Shown here: one piece after another, positions 7,012 through 16,872 of the stretch | Layout: the number at the start of each line of letters is the position of its first letter | Numbering within the stretch: position 1 is the first letter of the stretch | IMG/VR virus record: IMGVR_UViG_3300021133_000001 | Location: 1-64,000 of that record | From: a virus | Taxonomy: Duplodnaviria > Caudoviricetes | Length of the DNA: 64,000 bases | Direction: 5' to 3' (one strand) | Made by a program: the position numbers and the translations under genes | Notes under the pieces: generated by a model | Seen by the model: only the letters and a program-made list of their open reading frames with translations | What the model was told of the DNA's origin: nothing | Databases searched by the model: none

Positions 7012-7181
7012 TGTAACTTAATTAATTTAAATGAACCATCTTTTTGTTCTTCCCAAAGCATTCTATCTCCTTCTTTAATATCAAGACGTTCAAGCATTTC
7101 ACGAGGAAACTCTATGTACAGATCATCAGTTGTTTTATCTGTTTGTACCTCAACAAGCCAACTGACTTTAAGTTTCTTCAT
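7008..7181 (-). CDS. AbrB/MazE/SpoVT-like DNA-binding protein (57 aa)
   Basis: Translated by hand: ...DLYIEFPREMLERLDIKEGDRMLWEEQKDGSFKLIK; ATGA overlaps on both sides. Confidence 0.75.
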   Translation of the reverse strand: MKKLKVSWLVEVQTDKTTDDLYIEFPREMLERLDIKEGDRMLWEEQKDGSFKLIKLQ

Positions 7182-7381
7182 AACTTAATATTATTTATTA
7201 ATTTTATTTCCTTTTTAGCTTCTACTTGCTTCTCTGTAATAAATTTTATTGTAGTGCCTTCTCTCTTGAGACCATCTAGTACTACCTCTACCCACTCATC
7301 ACCGTACTTGCCTTTAAGATAAGCATTACCATATAGGTTGTTAAACTGTTCTTTGGTTACTTCGATTATTTTTTGTCTCAT
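7178..7381 (-). CDS. Hypothetical protein
   Basis: ORF track; coupled overlaps. Confidence 0.65.
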   Translation of the reverse strand: MRQKIIEVTKEQFNNLYGNAYLKGKYGDEWVEVVLDGLKREGTTIKFITEKQVEAKKEIKLINNIKL

Positions 7382-7692
7382 TTAAATTCCTTTCTATCAT
7401 CCATTTCTGGTTTGTTCTTTTCTGTCCACATCATACACATTATGTTCCATACAGCAGCTGCAGCATGGTCTTCGTTATTCTCTCCCTGCCAATACTTCAT
7501 TAAATGTCTCTGTGCACTATCATAATAGACAGAAGTGTTCATACCTTTCTTCCAATTGTTAAAGCCATACTTCTGACCACCTGATACAAAGTGACTAGCC
7601 ACTCTCATTAACTCTTCATGAGGTACTAAGCTTAGTCTTGGTTTACCAACATCTGTATCTCTTTGTGCGCCTGTATCAAATTGTCTTTTCAT
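7378..7692 (-). CDS. dATP/dGTP diphosphohydrolase-domain (DUF5664-like) protein
   Basis: GAQRD.D.GKPR..L.P...GxxKYGxxNWxKG...YDSAxRHL...EDH.AA..WN. Confidence 0.85.
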   Translation of the reverse strand: MKRQFDTGAQRDTDVGKPRLSLVPHEELMRVASHFVSGGQKYGFNNWKKGMNTSVYYDSAQRHLMKYWQGENNEDHAAAAVWNIMCMMWTEKNKPEMDDRKEFK

Positions 7693-7763
7693 TGTGTATT
7701 ATTATGTAATTATTTGTTATTAAATCAAGCTTTATTTAAGACGGGGTATAAATATTTTTAACA

Positions 7764-8639
7764 CTACTTAACCCAATTGCTTAACGCTCTATCTAACGCT
7801 TCGTGTACCTCTGTTAATTTGATACCTGTATTAAGTATCTTATTATTATCAAGCACGCAATTGCTACGAGGTGTCTTAGCAGCTACTTTCATAAACTCTG
7901 ACTCATCTTTAAAGAACTTGAACTCTTTATCAGATACTTTATTCTTTTTAATAAGCTCTACTACTTCTTGAGTTGTTACTTTACCTGGGTTAGTAACGTT
8001 GTATATACCATAAGGTATCTTATTAAGATAGCTATCTAAACAAGCATTAACAAATTCATTTAAGTCTGATAAACTATTAGTAGCATCTAATAGAGTATTA
8101 TAGTTCATTAACTTACTAAGGTAGTTTCTCTTATTGTTAACATTATCAAATGGAATGCGTAAGCGCCAAATATAAACATTATCATAATCAGCTAGCACCT
8201 CCTCTCCTAAACCTTTTGTACCACTATACCAGGAACAACCACCCTTACTTCTAAAAGTGAAGTTAGGTTTATCTTCTTCAGTCCATCCATTAGAACGCCA
8301 CACATACCCGCTACCTGTATATATACATCCAGAAGATACATGCCCCCAAGGTATATCTAGCGTTTGACAGGCACGCGCTATAATGCCTGGTAGTACGGCA
8401 TTACCTAACAAGCACTCATCTTTATCTACCTCACAAGCATCAACGTTTGGCTTGCCGGTATAACCAGCACAATTAATTAAAAATTCTGGCTTATCAGTAC
8501 ACATCTGGTTGAAGAGTTTGTTAGGTGAATAGTAGTCAAGTTCTTTTCGACTAATACTCTTATAAGGTATACCTCTAGCCTTTAGCTGAGATTGAAACAC
8601 ACTTCCAACATAGCCTGTACCGCCTAGTAAATAAATCAT
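7764..8639 (-). CDS. RmlD-like NDP-sugar reductase/epimerase
   Basis: GGTGYVG, INCAGYTGKPNVDACE, SSGCIY, YSGTK (YxxxK). Confidence 0.9.
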   Translation of the reverse strand: MIYLLGGTGYVGSVFQSQLKARGIPYKSISRKELDYYSPNKLFNQMCTDKPEFLINCAGYTGKPNVDACEVDKDECLLGNAVLPGIIARACQTLDIPWGHVSSGCIYTGSGYVWRSNGWTEEDKPNFTFRSKGGCSWYSGTKGLGEEVLADYDNVYIWRLRIPFDNVNNKRNYLSKLMNYNTLLDATNSLSDLNEFVNACLDSYLNKIPYGIYNVTNPGKVTTQEVVELIKKNKVSDKEFKFFKDESEFMKVAAKTPRSNCVLDNNKILNTGIKLTEVHEALDRALSNWVK

Positions 8640-8681
8640 AATAAATATTATATCTTATTAATGCTTAAATTCAAGAAATTA

Positions 8682-9410
8682 TTAAGAATAATAATAGTCC
8701 CAGTCGTGATTATGAAATAAAGTTTCAGGTATAATAGGATCCCATTTTCCTTTTACAAGAGCTTCTTTTATGTGCTGTGCTACTAATACGTTTATTTCTT
8801 CTGTAAGATGGCAGTAAACATTTTCCTCTGCATTACATTTTATATAACCATCTTTTTTAAATGTTTCTAAATAATCCGGTTTCAAACTCCTTACAGCAAG
8901 TTCTTGATAATTTCTAAACATTGCACCACCTTGATTTAATGCAGGAAGCACAGAAATTAATATACAATCAGGTCGTATTTCTTTTATTTCCTTTAACATT
9001 AATCTGCATATATCTTTATACACAATATCACTATAAATATGAGTATAATAATATTCAAGAGCTTGTAGTTTAAGTAAAGCTTCATCTGATAACCATTGCT
9101 TATTAACATTTTTAAATTGCTCTACTGTAGTGGTAGAATTCATACCATACAGCAAACCATTGTACTCTATCATATTATTAAGACAACGGCCATGATCTGT
9201 TGCAACAAAGACGACTTTATCAAACTTAGAATGCGTATCTAAAAATTTACGATAACTATAATGCACATCACTGCCTGGTAAGCCATAATTAGTTACGTTA
9301 AAATCTTTTTTTAAATGATATGACCATTCTTTTTCAGATAATAACCTTTCTTTACCATCGTGCTTCCAATCCTTAGCAAAGGAATCTCCGTATATGCCTA
9401 ATGTTTCCAT
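8682..9410 (-). CDS. SGNH-like hydrolase/acyltransferase
   Basis: YGDSF, NYGLPGS, C-terminal His. Confidence 0.7.
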   Translation of the reverse strand: METLGIYGDSFAKDWKHDGKERLLSEKEWSYHLKKDFNVTNYGLPGSDVHYSYRKFLDTHSKFDKVVFVATDHGRCLNNMIEYNGLLYGMNSTTTVEQFKNVNKQWLSDEALLKLQALEYYYTHIYSDIVYKDICRLMLKEIKEIRPDCILISVLPALNQGGAMFRNYQELAVRSLKPDYLETFKKDGYIKCNAEENVYCHLTEEINVLVAQHIKEALVKGKWDPIIPETLFHNHDWDYYYS

Positions 9411-9417
9411 ATTAATA

Positions 9418-10053
9418 TTAAGGGTTACAACCTCGATAAGCCACTACATCGAGATACTCTCCTTGGCTTATCGTATGACCAGTTGTACTATAACCCGCTT
9501 TAATTAACAAGGGTACTGCAGTACCTCCTTTACCTTCCCAGTTGATATCTGGTCTGTTATAAAAGTTTTTAAAAGTATCATCGTATATAAATATGCTCTG
9601 CTCTTGCATATAAGGTAAACAGTATTGGGTTTGTAGTTTATGCTCGAGTTTGCAGTTATCGTTATTAAGGGTAACACCCTGTGCTGCGTACTCTTGTATG
9701 AGTTGTTGTGTGGGTATATCTGGTTTACCATTTACGTATGAACAAGGCCAAATTATATCAAAGTTATCCAAATATAGTACTTTAATCTTTTTATTTAGAG
9801 TAGGTAATACATTTCTACACCAGTTTGATCCGCTATCAACCACTCTATAGTCTATTAAAGCAGGATTGTATGAACTAGCTGCACTTGTAACATCAATAGA
9901 AATAAATTTAAGACCTCGCTCTAAAGCCCAGTTATGTAGAAACACACTTGACCCATCACCTCGTTCACTACCTATCTCCAATACAATATCTTCGTTAGTA
10001 AACGTAAGATCTTTAAACTTTTCTTCTAATATAAGATATGGCTTAGTACCCAT
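9418..10053 (-). CDS. Class I SAM-dependent methyltransferase-like protein
   Basis: VLEIGSERGDGS, SIDV, LYLDNFD, YDDT, GKG. Confidence 0.7.
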   Translation of the reverse strand: MGTKPYLILEEKFKDLTFTNEDIVLEIGSERGDGSSVFLHNWALERGLKFISIDVTSAASSYNPALIDYRVVDSGSNWCRNVLPTLNKKIKVLYLDNFDIIWPCSYVNGKPDIPTQQLIQEYAAQGVTLNNDNCKLEHKLQTQYCLPYMQEQSIFIYDDTFKNFYNRPDINWEGKGGTAVPLLIKAGYSTTGHTISQGEYLDVVAYRGCNP

Positions 10054-10780
10054 CTCCGTAGTAATGTTCCCAATTGTACTTATGTGGTAAGGTTTGAGGT
10101 ATAGTTACTTCTTTCTTCAGTAACATTTGTTCCATATGTTCAGCTACAAGCACATTAACCTCTTCAGTAAAGTGGCATACTATATTCTTTTCTACATAAG
10201 GTATAAAATTGTTTGCTTTAAATTTATCTAACAAATCAAGCTTTAAGCTGCGCACCATTAACTCCTGATAGTCTTGCATGAGTAAGCTTGGTAGAGTGTT
10301 TCTAGTACTTTCAGTCTCTTCTTTATGTACACAAATAAATACTGTATTAGACTTTATACTTAAAAGCTTTTCTATCATAAGAGTGTGCATATCTAAATCA
10401 ATAGAATAATCACTTAAATGTGCATAATAATATTTTAAATACTCTAAATGATACTCCAACTCTACATCGATATTTTTTTTACTTTTAAGAAAAGCCTCAA
10501 CTGTTGAAAGATTATTAAACCCGTACAAGTTACCTTTATGTTCAAATACATTTTTAGGAGCCCTACCACAAGGTGTAACTATAAAAATACATTTGTCATG
10601 CTTATTATAGGTGTTAAGATAGTTTTTATAACTATAGTACAAACTACTACCACCAACTCCATAATTGGTTACATTATAAGAACGTTTAAGTAAATTAGGC
10701 CATCCCTTTGCAGCCATTTCAGCAGTATACTGACTACCTATACCTACAAAAGAAGCTCCATATATGCCTAGTGATTCCAT
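10043..10780 (-). CDS. SGNH-like protein, paralog of 8682-9410
   Basis: YGASF, NYGVGGSS, CHFTEEVN. Confidence 0.7.
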   Translation of the reverse strand: MESLGIYGASFVGIGSQYTAEMAAKGWPNLLKRSYNVTNYGVGGSSLYYSYKNYLNTYNKHDKCIFIVTPCGRAPKNVFEHKGNLYGFNNLSTVEAFLKSKKNIDVELEYHLEYLKYYYAHLSDYSIDLDMHTLMIEKLLSIKSNTVFICVHKEETESTRNTLPSLLMQDYQELMVRSLKLDLLDKFKANNFIPYVEKNIVCHFTEEVNVLVAEHMEQMLLKKEVTIPQTLPHKYNWEHYYGDGY

Positions 10781-10999
10781 TTAGTTATTTTTAGCTAGCA
10801 ACATACCTTCAAGTACTAATTGTTTAATTCTTTTGTATGGTACTTCTGGATAATTAGCAGCAGCAACATCATTAATATAACTTACATTAGCCTCTCCTGT
10901 ACGTACCATATCTCTAGCTACCATCCTAACCTCTGTTTCCATTATTAACCAGTGTTGTTTGCTGTCTGGATCAGGCTTAGGGTTATTAAAAGAGTACAT
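10781..10999 (-). CDS. Hypothetical protein
   Basis: ORF track. Confidence 0.65.
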   Translation of the reverse strand: MYSFNNPKPDPDSKQHWLIMETEVRMVARDMVRTGEANVSYINDVAAANYPEVPYKRIKQLVLEGMLLAKNN

Positions 11000-11001
11000 T
11001 A

Positions 11002-11625
11002 TTACGTCCAGAGAAGATCTCTATTCTGAATTACCCAGATACATAGTTCTGTATCTTTATCCTTAATCTCTTTGTTTATTGCATCTACTCTACTATAGCG
11101 AGTTTCATCTGTTATGTCGGTTATCTCTACTCGTTCATAAGCCATAGTAAGCTTCTCTAATAAGAACGGACGCTCGTACTTAACATAATTGTAGAGCTCT
11201 TTAAGCTTACTTCCTTTTTCAGCTACCCCTTCTCCTACCCACTCTGTTGTTTCAAATGTCTTTTCTACTTCTACAAACTCAATAATAGTTTGAAAGTGAA
11301 AGTGCGGTACAAGGTCTACTAGGTCCATATACTGTGCAGAGAATACAGCATTGCGCATTCTACGACGAGGGTTAACAATGTAACGCTTTAACCCTTTAAT
11401 GGTACGGTAGTAACGTCTAAATGTATATTGAAAGTTCTCTCTTAACCAATGCTGAATAGGGTACTCTTTCTTTATATGCTTCTCCCAATTATCCCAATCA
11501 TTCATCATCATAGCAAAAGGAGCTTCATACCAGCCCGTAAGCCAGTACCACTTACGAGGTACCCTTTCTTTACGAGGTAACTTCAACCACTCTTCAGTTG
11601 TAATAGCTATCTGTTTTTTGTTCAT
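11002..11625 (-). CDS. Hypothetical phage protein
   Basis: ORF track. Confidence 0.75.
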   Translation of the reverse strand: MNKKQIAITTEEWLKLPRKERVPRKWYWLTGWYEAPFAMMMNDWDNWEKHIKKEYPIQHWLRENFQYTFRRYYRTIKGLKRYIVNPRRRMRNAVFSAQYMDLVDLVPHFHFQTIIEFVEVEKTFETTEWVGEGVAEKGSKLKELYNYVKYERPFLLEKLTMAYERVEITDITDETRYSRVDAINKEIKDKDTELCIWVIQNRDLLWT

Positions 11626-12079
11626 TTTTCTTTTCCGTTGCTACTTCAGCATACCGTACTATTCCTTCTGTATAGTTATGATATCTTTGTAATGCAGCAA
11701 CTAACTGTGGGTACTTTTTGGTTTGTAGTAAATACTTTATATCATCATTATACTCTAAACGATAATAAAAGCGTAACGTGTTGTACTTTTCTTTTACCTG
11801 ATCAGCTATTACCTGTGGGCAGTATAAACTATAGACGTAACAATCTTCATCATTATGTCTGACTGGTTTTATACCTAAATGTTCAGCATCTTCTTTATCT
11901 ATATCTAAGTAGGTAGAGTAGGTATTAGTTAAAGCTTGACATAAAGTATCAATAATGTCGTACCAATCATCAGGCGTCTCAATGCCCCAGCACATAGCGG
12001 TCTCTTTCATTGATTTATCTTTATCAGCAAATATCTTTGGATACTTGTTGTATAACTGTTCTTCTAGTTCAGGAGTCAC
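11594..12079 (-). CDS. Conserved hypothetical phage protein
   Basis: WGIE..D.W..II and QVKEKxxTLRFY motifs recalled from many phage proteins. Confidence 0.75.
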   Translation of the reverse strand: MTPELEEQLYNKYPKIFADKDKSMKETAMCWGIETPDDWYDIIDTLCQALTNTYSTYLDIDKEDAEHLGIKPVRHNDEDCYVYSLYCPQVIADQVKEKYNTLRFYYRLEYNDDIKYLLQTKKYPQLVAALQRYHNYTEGIVRYAEVATEKKNEQKTDSYYN

Positions 12080-12651
12080 AGGTTATCCCATTTAGGGTTC
12101 CAAGGCGTGTTAGGGTCTGTTTGTGGTTTATACTTTTCACCATACTGACCGTATTTTGCCTTAAACTCATCTGTAGTGCAAGCTTGTTTTGGGCCTGTTT
12201 GCCAGTCTGAGCTTGGAGTCCAGTTTTTATTTAAACTATCCAATGCTTTTTGTAATTTTATTCGATCTATTTCCTCATTAGTTGGTGCATCAGCTAAATC
12301 TAGATCGTTAAACCGTCTCTCGACCCCCCATTTCGTTTGAAAATAGAGTTGATCTCTGCCGTATTGTACACCTTCCATAAACCAATCTTTTGAATTAAGA
12401 ATATTATTATTTGTTTCAATTTTTCGCTGAAAATATTCATCAGCAAGTTCTTCCCAACGTTCTTTTTTTGGTATGGGTGGAATTTCAGGTATTTGTGCAG
12501 GCGTCCAAGCTTTTATTTTAACCCATTCAATAGAAGATGGTTCTCTTAACAGTTCAACAGTATATATACTGTGGTCATCTAATACTGCCCATATGGGAAA
12601 ATCAAGCGGCATAGGTTGAGTAATAGTATTCCAGAAAGTATTTGCGCTCAT
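12076..12651 (-). CDS. Hypothetical protein
   Basis: ORF track. Confidence 0.7.
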   Translation of the reverse strand: MSANTFWNTITQPMPLDFPIWAVLDDHSIYTVELLREPSSIEWVKIKAWTPAQIPEIPPIPKKERWEELADEYFQRKIETNNNILNSKDWFMEGVQYGRDQLYFQTKWGVERRFNDLDLADAPTNEEIDRIKLQKALDSLNKNWTPSSDWQTGPKQACTTDEFKAKYGQYGEKYKPQTDPNTPWNPKWDNL

Positions 12652-12685
12652 AATGTAATATTAACTTATATTATGAATAAGTCAA

Positions 12686-13843
12686 CTATTTTAAAGAGTT
12701 TAAGAAAGCGGTAACCTGTTCAATATCTTTTAGTTTAACTTTACTATGCAAACCTATATATAAGCCGTTATAATGTAAAGTATCACTATTATTAAAGTGC
12801 TGAGTAAAGTATTGCTTCAAGCACGTCTGACGTAATATGTTACCAGATACTATCGGTCTATTTTCAATACCATTCTCGTTGCAATACCTTTGAAAGGTAT
12901 CTCGTAACTCAGTACTAACAAACAGTATTGGTATCGAAAAGGGAACATCTATATAATTTTGTATTTGTCCTATGTTCCATAACATTAGGTTAGAGTTATT
13001 AACTCTTTTATAAAACTCTTTATATAAACCAACGCGCTTGTTACTATATTGGTTTATTCTTTTAAAATCTAACAAACCAATATATGCATTTATATTTGTG
13101 TTTCTTAAATTGTTACCAAGTATATTAAAATCAAAGCGAGAATCAACATCTGGGTTTTCATATTTTTTACTATTAACAAGACTTCGAGTCATGCCATGAT
13201 TACGAGCCATTAAGAAGTACTCATACTCTTCATCATTATTGGTAAAGATAAAACCTCCTTCTACACTTTGTGTTAAATGGCCAAAGTATGTACTTGTAGT
13301 AGAGGTGAAATAGCTTGAAATATTCTTATTGTTATATGTACTAAACGTACTCTCGCAATTATCTAGCATCACCCTTACTCCGTACTTAAGTTCAATTTCT
13401 TTCAACTTAACTATATTCGGAGAGAACCCTAATAAACTTGTAACAAATACAGCTGCAACATCTCTGTTATTATACTTTAAGTACTCTTCTAAATCTATTA
13501 AACTCATTGATAAGTCATGTAGCTCTATATCAATAAATACAGGCTTAAAGCCTTCCCGTATAAAAGGTGCAACAGATGTTATCCACGTGGTTGAAGGTAG
13601 AACTACTATACTTTTATCTTTGCAAGTATCTTTTGAATACATAGCTAGTAACGTATTAGCAGCTGAACCACTAGATACATATACTGCATGCTTAACTCCT
13701 ACATACCGTTTCATAGCTGTCTCATATTCAGCTACGTAGTTTGACATTGTCCAAAAGTTATTTTTATTAAGAAAAAACTTACAAAGCTTAAGTCTATCTA
13801 ACCAAGTAAAGTTAGACTCGTTGAGTTTCCATTTAAGCTTCAT
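12686..13843 (-). CDS. DegT/DnrJ/EryC1/StrS-family PLP enzyme, His-type (ColD/E1-like NDP-sugar 3-dehydratase)
   Basis: VSSGSAAN, DNCES, STYFGHLTQSVEGG (His where aminotransferases have Lys), RNHG, RPIVSGN. Confidence 0.85.
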   Translation of the reverse strand: MKLKWKLNESNFTWLDRLKLCKFFLNKNNFWTMSNYVAEYETAMKRYVGVKHAVYVSSGSAANTLLAMYSKDTCKDKSIVVLPSTTWITSVAPFIREGFKPVFIDIELHDLSMSLIDLEEYLKYNNRDVAAVFVTSLLGFSPNIVKLKEIELKYGVRVMLDNCESTFSTYNNKNISSYFTSTTSTYFGHLTQSVEGGFIFTNNDEEYEYFLMARNHGMTRSLVNSKKYENPDVDSRFDFNILGNNLRNTNINAYIGLLDFKRINQYSNKRVGLYKEFYKRVNNSNLMLWNIGQIQNYIDVPFSIPILFVSTELRDTFQRYCNENGIENRPIVSGNILRQTCLKQYFTQHFNNSDTLHYNGLYIGLHSKVKLKDIEQVTAFLNSLK

Positions 13844-13891
13844 GCATAAACTTATCAGTGTCATTCTTTTATTCTACTCATAAATACCATT

Positions 13892-14545
13892 ATGGATACG
13901 TTTCATTTATATGCATGTAGTTGTGGTAAAAACGGATACATGCTTGGTCATGGAAAACCAGGCCTGTTGTTTCAAGATGAGGGGTCGTTTGGAAAAGTTT
14001 TAGCTGAGAAATTAAACCTACAGTCAAAGAATAACAGCTGGGTAGGGGCTTGTAACTTTCAAATATTTAAACTCGTAATGGAGGATATTAACAATAATGA
14101 TACAATAAAAAATACTGATACGGTAATGGTACAGTGGACGTACATAGATAGAGCTTACGGTACTAAAGTATTTCCTATGCCCTACTTAATGAATGATCCG
14201 TTAGTCAGGTCCTATTACGAAAATTTACATGATGACTTTCAAGCTCTTTATCAATTGATATGTTTTAATAGCTATATTAAAAGCAAACTCAAATGTAAGT
14301 ATTATTTCTCTTTTGTAGATAATTATAATCTTTTCAAAAAAATAGATGAAAGACTTTTTAATGAATTAATAAATGATAAAAGCTTTATACACGTATGTGA
14401 AAATATGTCAGTAGGCGAATATATAAGATCTTTAAACGATGATAAAAATATGTACTACTACCCATGGGATATGAATCATTTTTCTCCTAAAGCTCATAGC
14501 ATTATAGCACAAAATTACTATAATTGTATTACTAATAAGCAATGA
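13892..14545 (+). CDS. SGNH-like protein
   Basis: YACS, N.S..GACN, VQWTYIDR, DMNHFS. Confidence 0.65.
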   Translation: MDTFHLYACSCGKNGYMLGHGKPGLLFQDEGSFGKVLAEKLNLQSKNNSWVGACNFQIFKLVMEDINNNDTIKNTDTVMVQWTYIDRAYGTKVFPMPYLMNDPLVRSYYENLHDDFQALYQLICFNSYIKSKLKCKYYFSFVDNYNLFKKIDERLFNELINDKSFIHVCENMSVGEYIRSLNDDKNMYYYPWDMNHFSPKAHSIIAQNYYNCITNKQ

Positions 14546-15231
14546 GTACATTACATTTTTATGGTGGTTGTTTTGGTAAGTACGGGTCTGTGGGTGTAAA
14601 TGGATATAGTGGCGTACCGTTTACTTCATCTAGTGGTAATTCTTATATAGAAATACTATCTAAAAAATTAGGATTAGAGTTAAAAAATAGAAGTAAAACA
14701 GGAGCAAGTAACTTTACTGTATTTGAGCATATACTAATCGATATTGAAAACGGGTTCTTTAAAGAAGACGATATAGTTTTTTGGGAGCTAACTGATACGT
14801 CTATTACATGGTCCTCTATAGGAGCAGATATACAAATGAACGTAGTACCAGATCAAATATTAAAGTATTACCCACAAATGATGGTACTAAGAAACATGTA
14901 TCATAAATTTTTTTACAATGAACAACAATCAGTTGTAAATTCTGCAGGGCTTGTATACTATCTTAAGGCAGTACTCAAGTGTAAGTTTTATTTCTCTTTT
15001 CTAGAAGACTTTGAGAATATTAAACGCATAAGCCCGGCTATATTTAATAGCATGGTTACAGATAAATGCTTCATATCTAGTGAAGGTAAGAGTGTGTATC
15101 AATATGTTAAGTCTTTACCTAATAAAGAAGAACTGTTTTTTTACCCTTATGATATGGTACATCCTTCTATAGAAGGACACAAGATAATGGCTGATGAGTA
15201 CTATAAAGCTATACAGTCAAAGACTCTTTAA
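14542..15231 (+). CDS. SGNH-like protein with Cys at the catalytic-Ser position
   Basis: FYGGCF, NRSKTGASN, DMVHPSIEGH. Confidence 0.65.
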   Translation: MSTLHFYGGCFGKYGSVGVNGYSGVPFTSSSGNSYIEILSKKLGLELKNRSKTGASNFTVFEHILIDIENGFFKEDDIVFWELTDTSITWSSIGADIQMNVVPDQILKYYPQMMVLRNMYHKFFYNEQQSVVNSAGLVYYLKAVLKCKFYFSFLEDFENIKRISPAIFNSMVTDKCFISSEGKSVYQYVKSLPNKEELFFYPYDMVHPSIEGHKIMADEYYKAIQSKTL

Positions 15232-16456
15232 TACATAATAACTCGGGCATAACCTTGTAGGTGTCTTCTCCTCTAATACTATCGAGCTTTTCAGTATACT
15301 CTACAAACCTTTGAGCAAGTTTAATGTCTTGAGGCTCATTTAATACATTTAATATAAGTTTAAGCTTACTTGATAAGTCACAACCGGTACGTTCTTTAAA
15401 CTCTTTTATAAAGTTTATTATTTTCTCTTTAGTTTTTACTTTAAACTCTTCTGGTAATACTTTTATACTAACATAGTAAGGTATGTAAACGTTACCTATA
15501 GTAAAGTTTAAATACTTCGATTCTTCACTGAGCACTTTAGCTTCGTATAAATAGTTTATAAGTTCAGGTATACGGTTAACGTTCATTGCATTAACAGTAA
15601 TATTAGGTCTCATTTTTATACCCTCTCTAATAAGAGTGCTGAGATTTGCTTCTATGTCTTTCCATACAGTACCACATCTTAATAGCTCTGCTCGTTCTCC
15701 TGTTTCATCTATACTTGGCCATACTGTAAGTTTATCTCTAGGCCATTGCTTCCACATCTCTATTACGTTCCAATCTTTATACTGAAGCTTACTTAAATTG
15801 GTATGATAGGTTAATGTACAAAAGTTATTATTAGTTATTAGATGCTCAAGTAACTCATAGTGTTCATCCATTATAAGAGGCTCTCCACCTGCAAACTGTA
15901 TACGTTCTACCTTGCTTGCGTTTTCTTTTAAGTACTCTAAACTTGACTTACCATCAATATTTTCATGCTGAGCTAACTTTTGTATTTCTTTCTCATCGTT
16001 AGTTAACTTGCGTGCATCTGGTACCCAAGCTGAACTAGAAAGAGGGCCACACATTCTACATTTAAAGTTACATTTATTACTAAACCTTACATCCCAAAAT
16101 ATTAAATTAAAGTCGTTATAAGTACCATCTGATTCTGTATCGGTTATAGCCTTGTCTATTTGAGTTTTAAAGAAGTCGTTCATGTGCTCTCTACTACTCT
16201 TTTCTCCGCTTGCTTCTTTATCGTAACACTTTACACAAACATCTACTGGCTTACCTTCAATCATATCTTTTCGATATTGTTTCATTAAAGGACTGTTCCA
16301 CATCTCTTTTAAGGTAGATGTCTTTGTATTACCTAGCACAGTACTCTTTCTACGATGCTGCATTATACAACAAGGAGTCACATCTCCGTTACATTCAAAC
16401 ATTAAATGCGTCCAGAGCCTTACACAAAAAGACTTATTATTGGTAATATCTACCAT
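15209..16456 (-). CDS. Radical SAM protein with N-terminal SPASM/twitch-like domain
   Basis: C..LW...PCC...CVKC; CNFKCRMC; FAGGEPL. Confidence 0.92.
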   Translation of the reverse strand: MVDITNNKSFCVRLWTHLMFECNGDVTPCCIMQHRRKSTVLGNTKTSTLKEMWNSPLMKQYRKDMIEGKPVDVCVKCYDKEASGEKSSREHMNDFFKTQIDKAITDTESDGTYNDFNLIFWDVRFSNKCNFKCRMCGPLSSSAWVPDARKLTNDEKEIQKLAQHENIDGKSSLEYLKENASKVERIQFAGGEPLIMDEHYELLEHLITNNNFCTLTYHTNLSKLQYKDWNVIEMWKQWPRDKLTVWPSIDETGERAELLRCGTVWKDIEANLSTLIREGIKMRPNITVNAMNVNRIPELINYLYEAKVLSEESKYLNFTIGNVYIPYYVSIKVLPEEFKVKTKEKIINFIKEFKERTGCDLSSKLKLILNVLNEPQDIKLAQRFVEYTEKLDSIRGEDTYKVMPELLCIKESLTV

Positions 16457-16481
16457 CCTACTACTTACCTAGTAGAGGCAA

Positions 16482-16844
16482 TTAACCAAGTCGACTACCT
16501 AAATCACCAAACGAACCTTTTTTATCCTTGAGTTTATTAATAAGCGGATTCTTTTTAAAAGGTTCCTTCTTAGTTGATTTCTTTTCTTCTAAAGCCATCT
16601 GAGGATTAATTGTAGGAGCTCCTGCAGGTTGTCCACTCTCTGCTGGTGAAGGTACATCAATTGATATCTTACATGTATCACCTTCCATCCATATTTCGTA
16701 CACTTTAAGAGGTTTAGCACCATGAGCTGTTTCTACTAGTATGTTTCTAGTTTTAGCAAACCCCTCTGGTAGTCTTATAGAACTCTCAGATTCTTTGATT
16801 GCTTCATACTTCTCAGCTAGTAATTTGGATGTTAAGTCTTTCAT
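16482..16844 (-). CDS. Late hypothetical protein with LLAEKY N-terminus
   Basis: TAAATA upstream. Confidence 0.7.
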   Translation of the reverse strand: MKDLTSKLLAEKYEAIKESESSIRLPEGFAKTRNILVETAHGAKPLKVYEIWMEGDTCKISIDVPSPAESGQPAGAPTINPQMALEEKKSTKKEPFKKNPLINKLKDKKGSFGDLGSRLG

Positions 16845-16872
16845 GTTATAATATTTAGTAATTTATAATGTA

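Noticed and set aside
7044-7322. + strand 92-aa ORF, and similar short antisense ORFs elsewhere (e.g. 13329, 32150, 34453, 49841)
   Set aside because: They overlap well-supported opposite-strand genes and have no recognisable motifs
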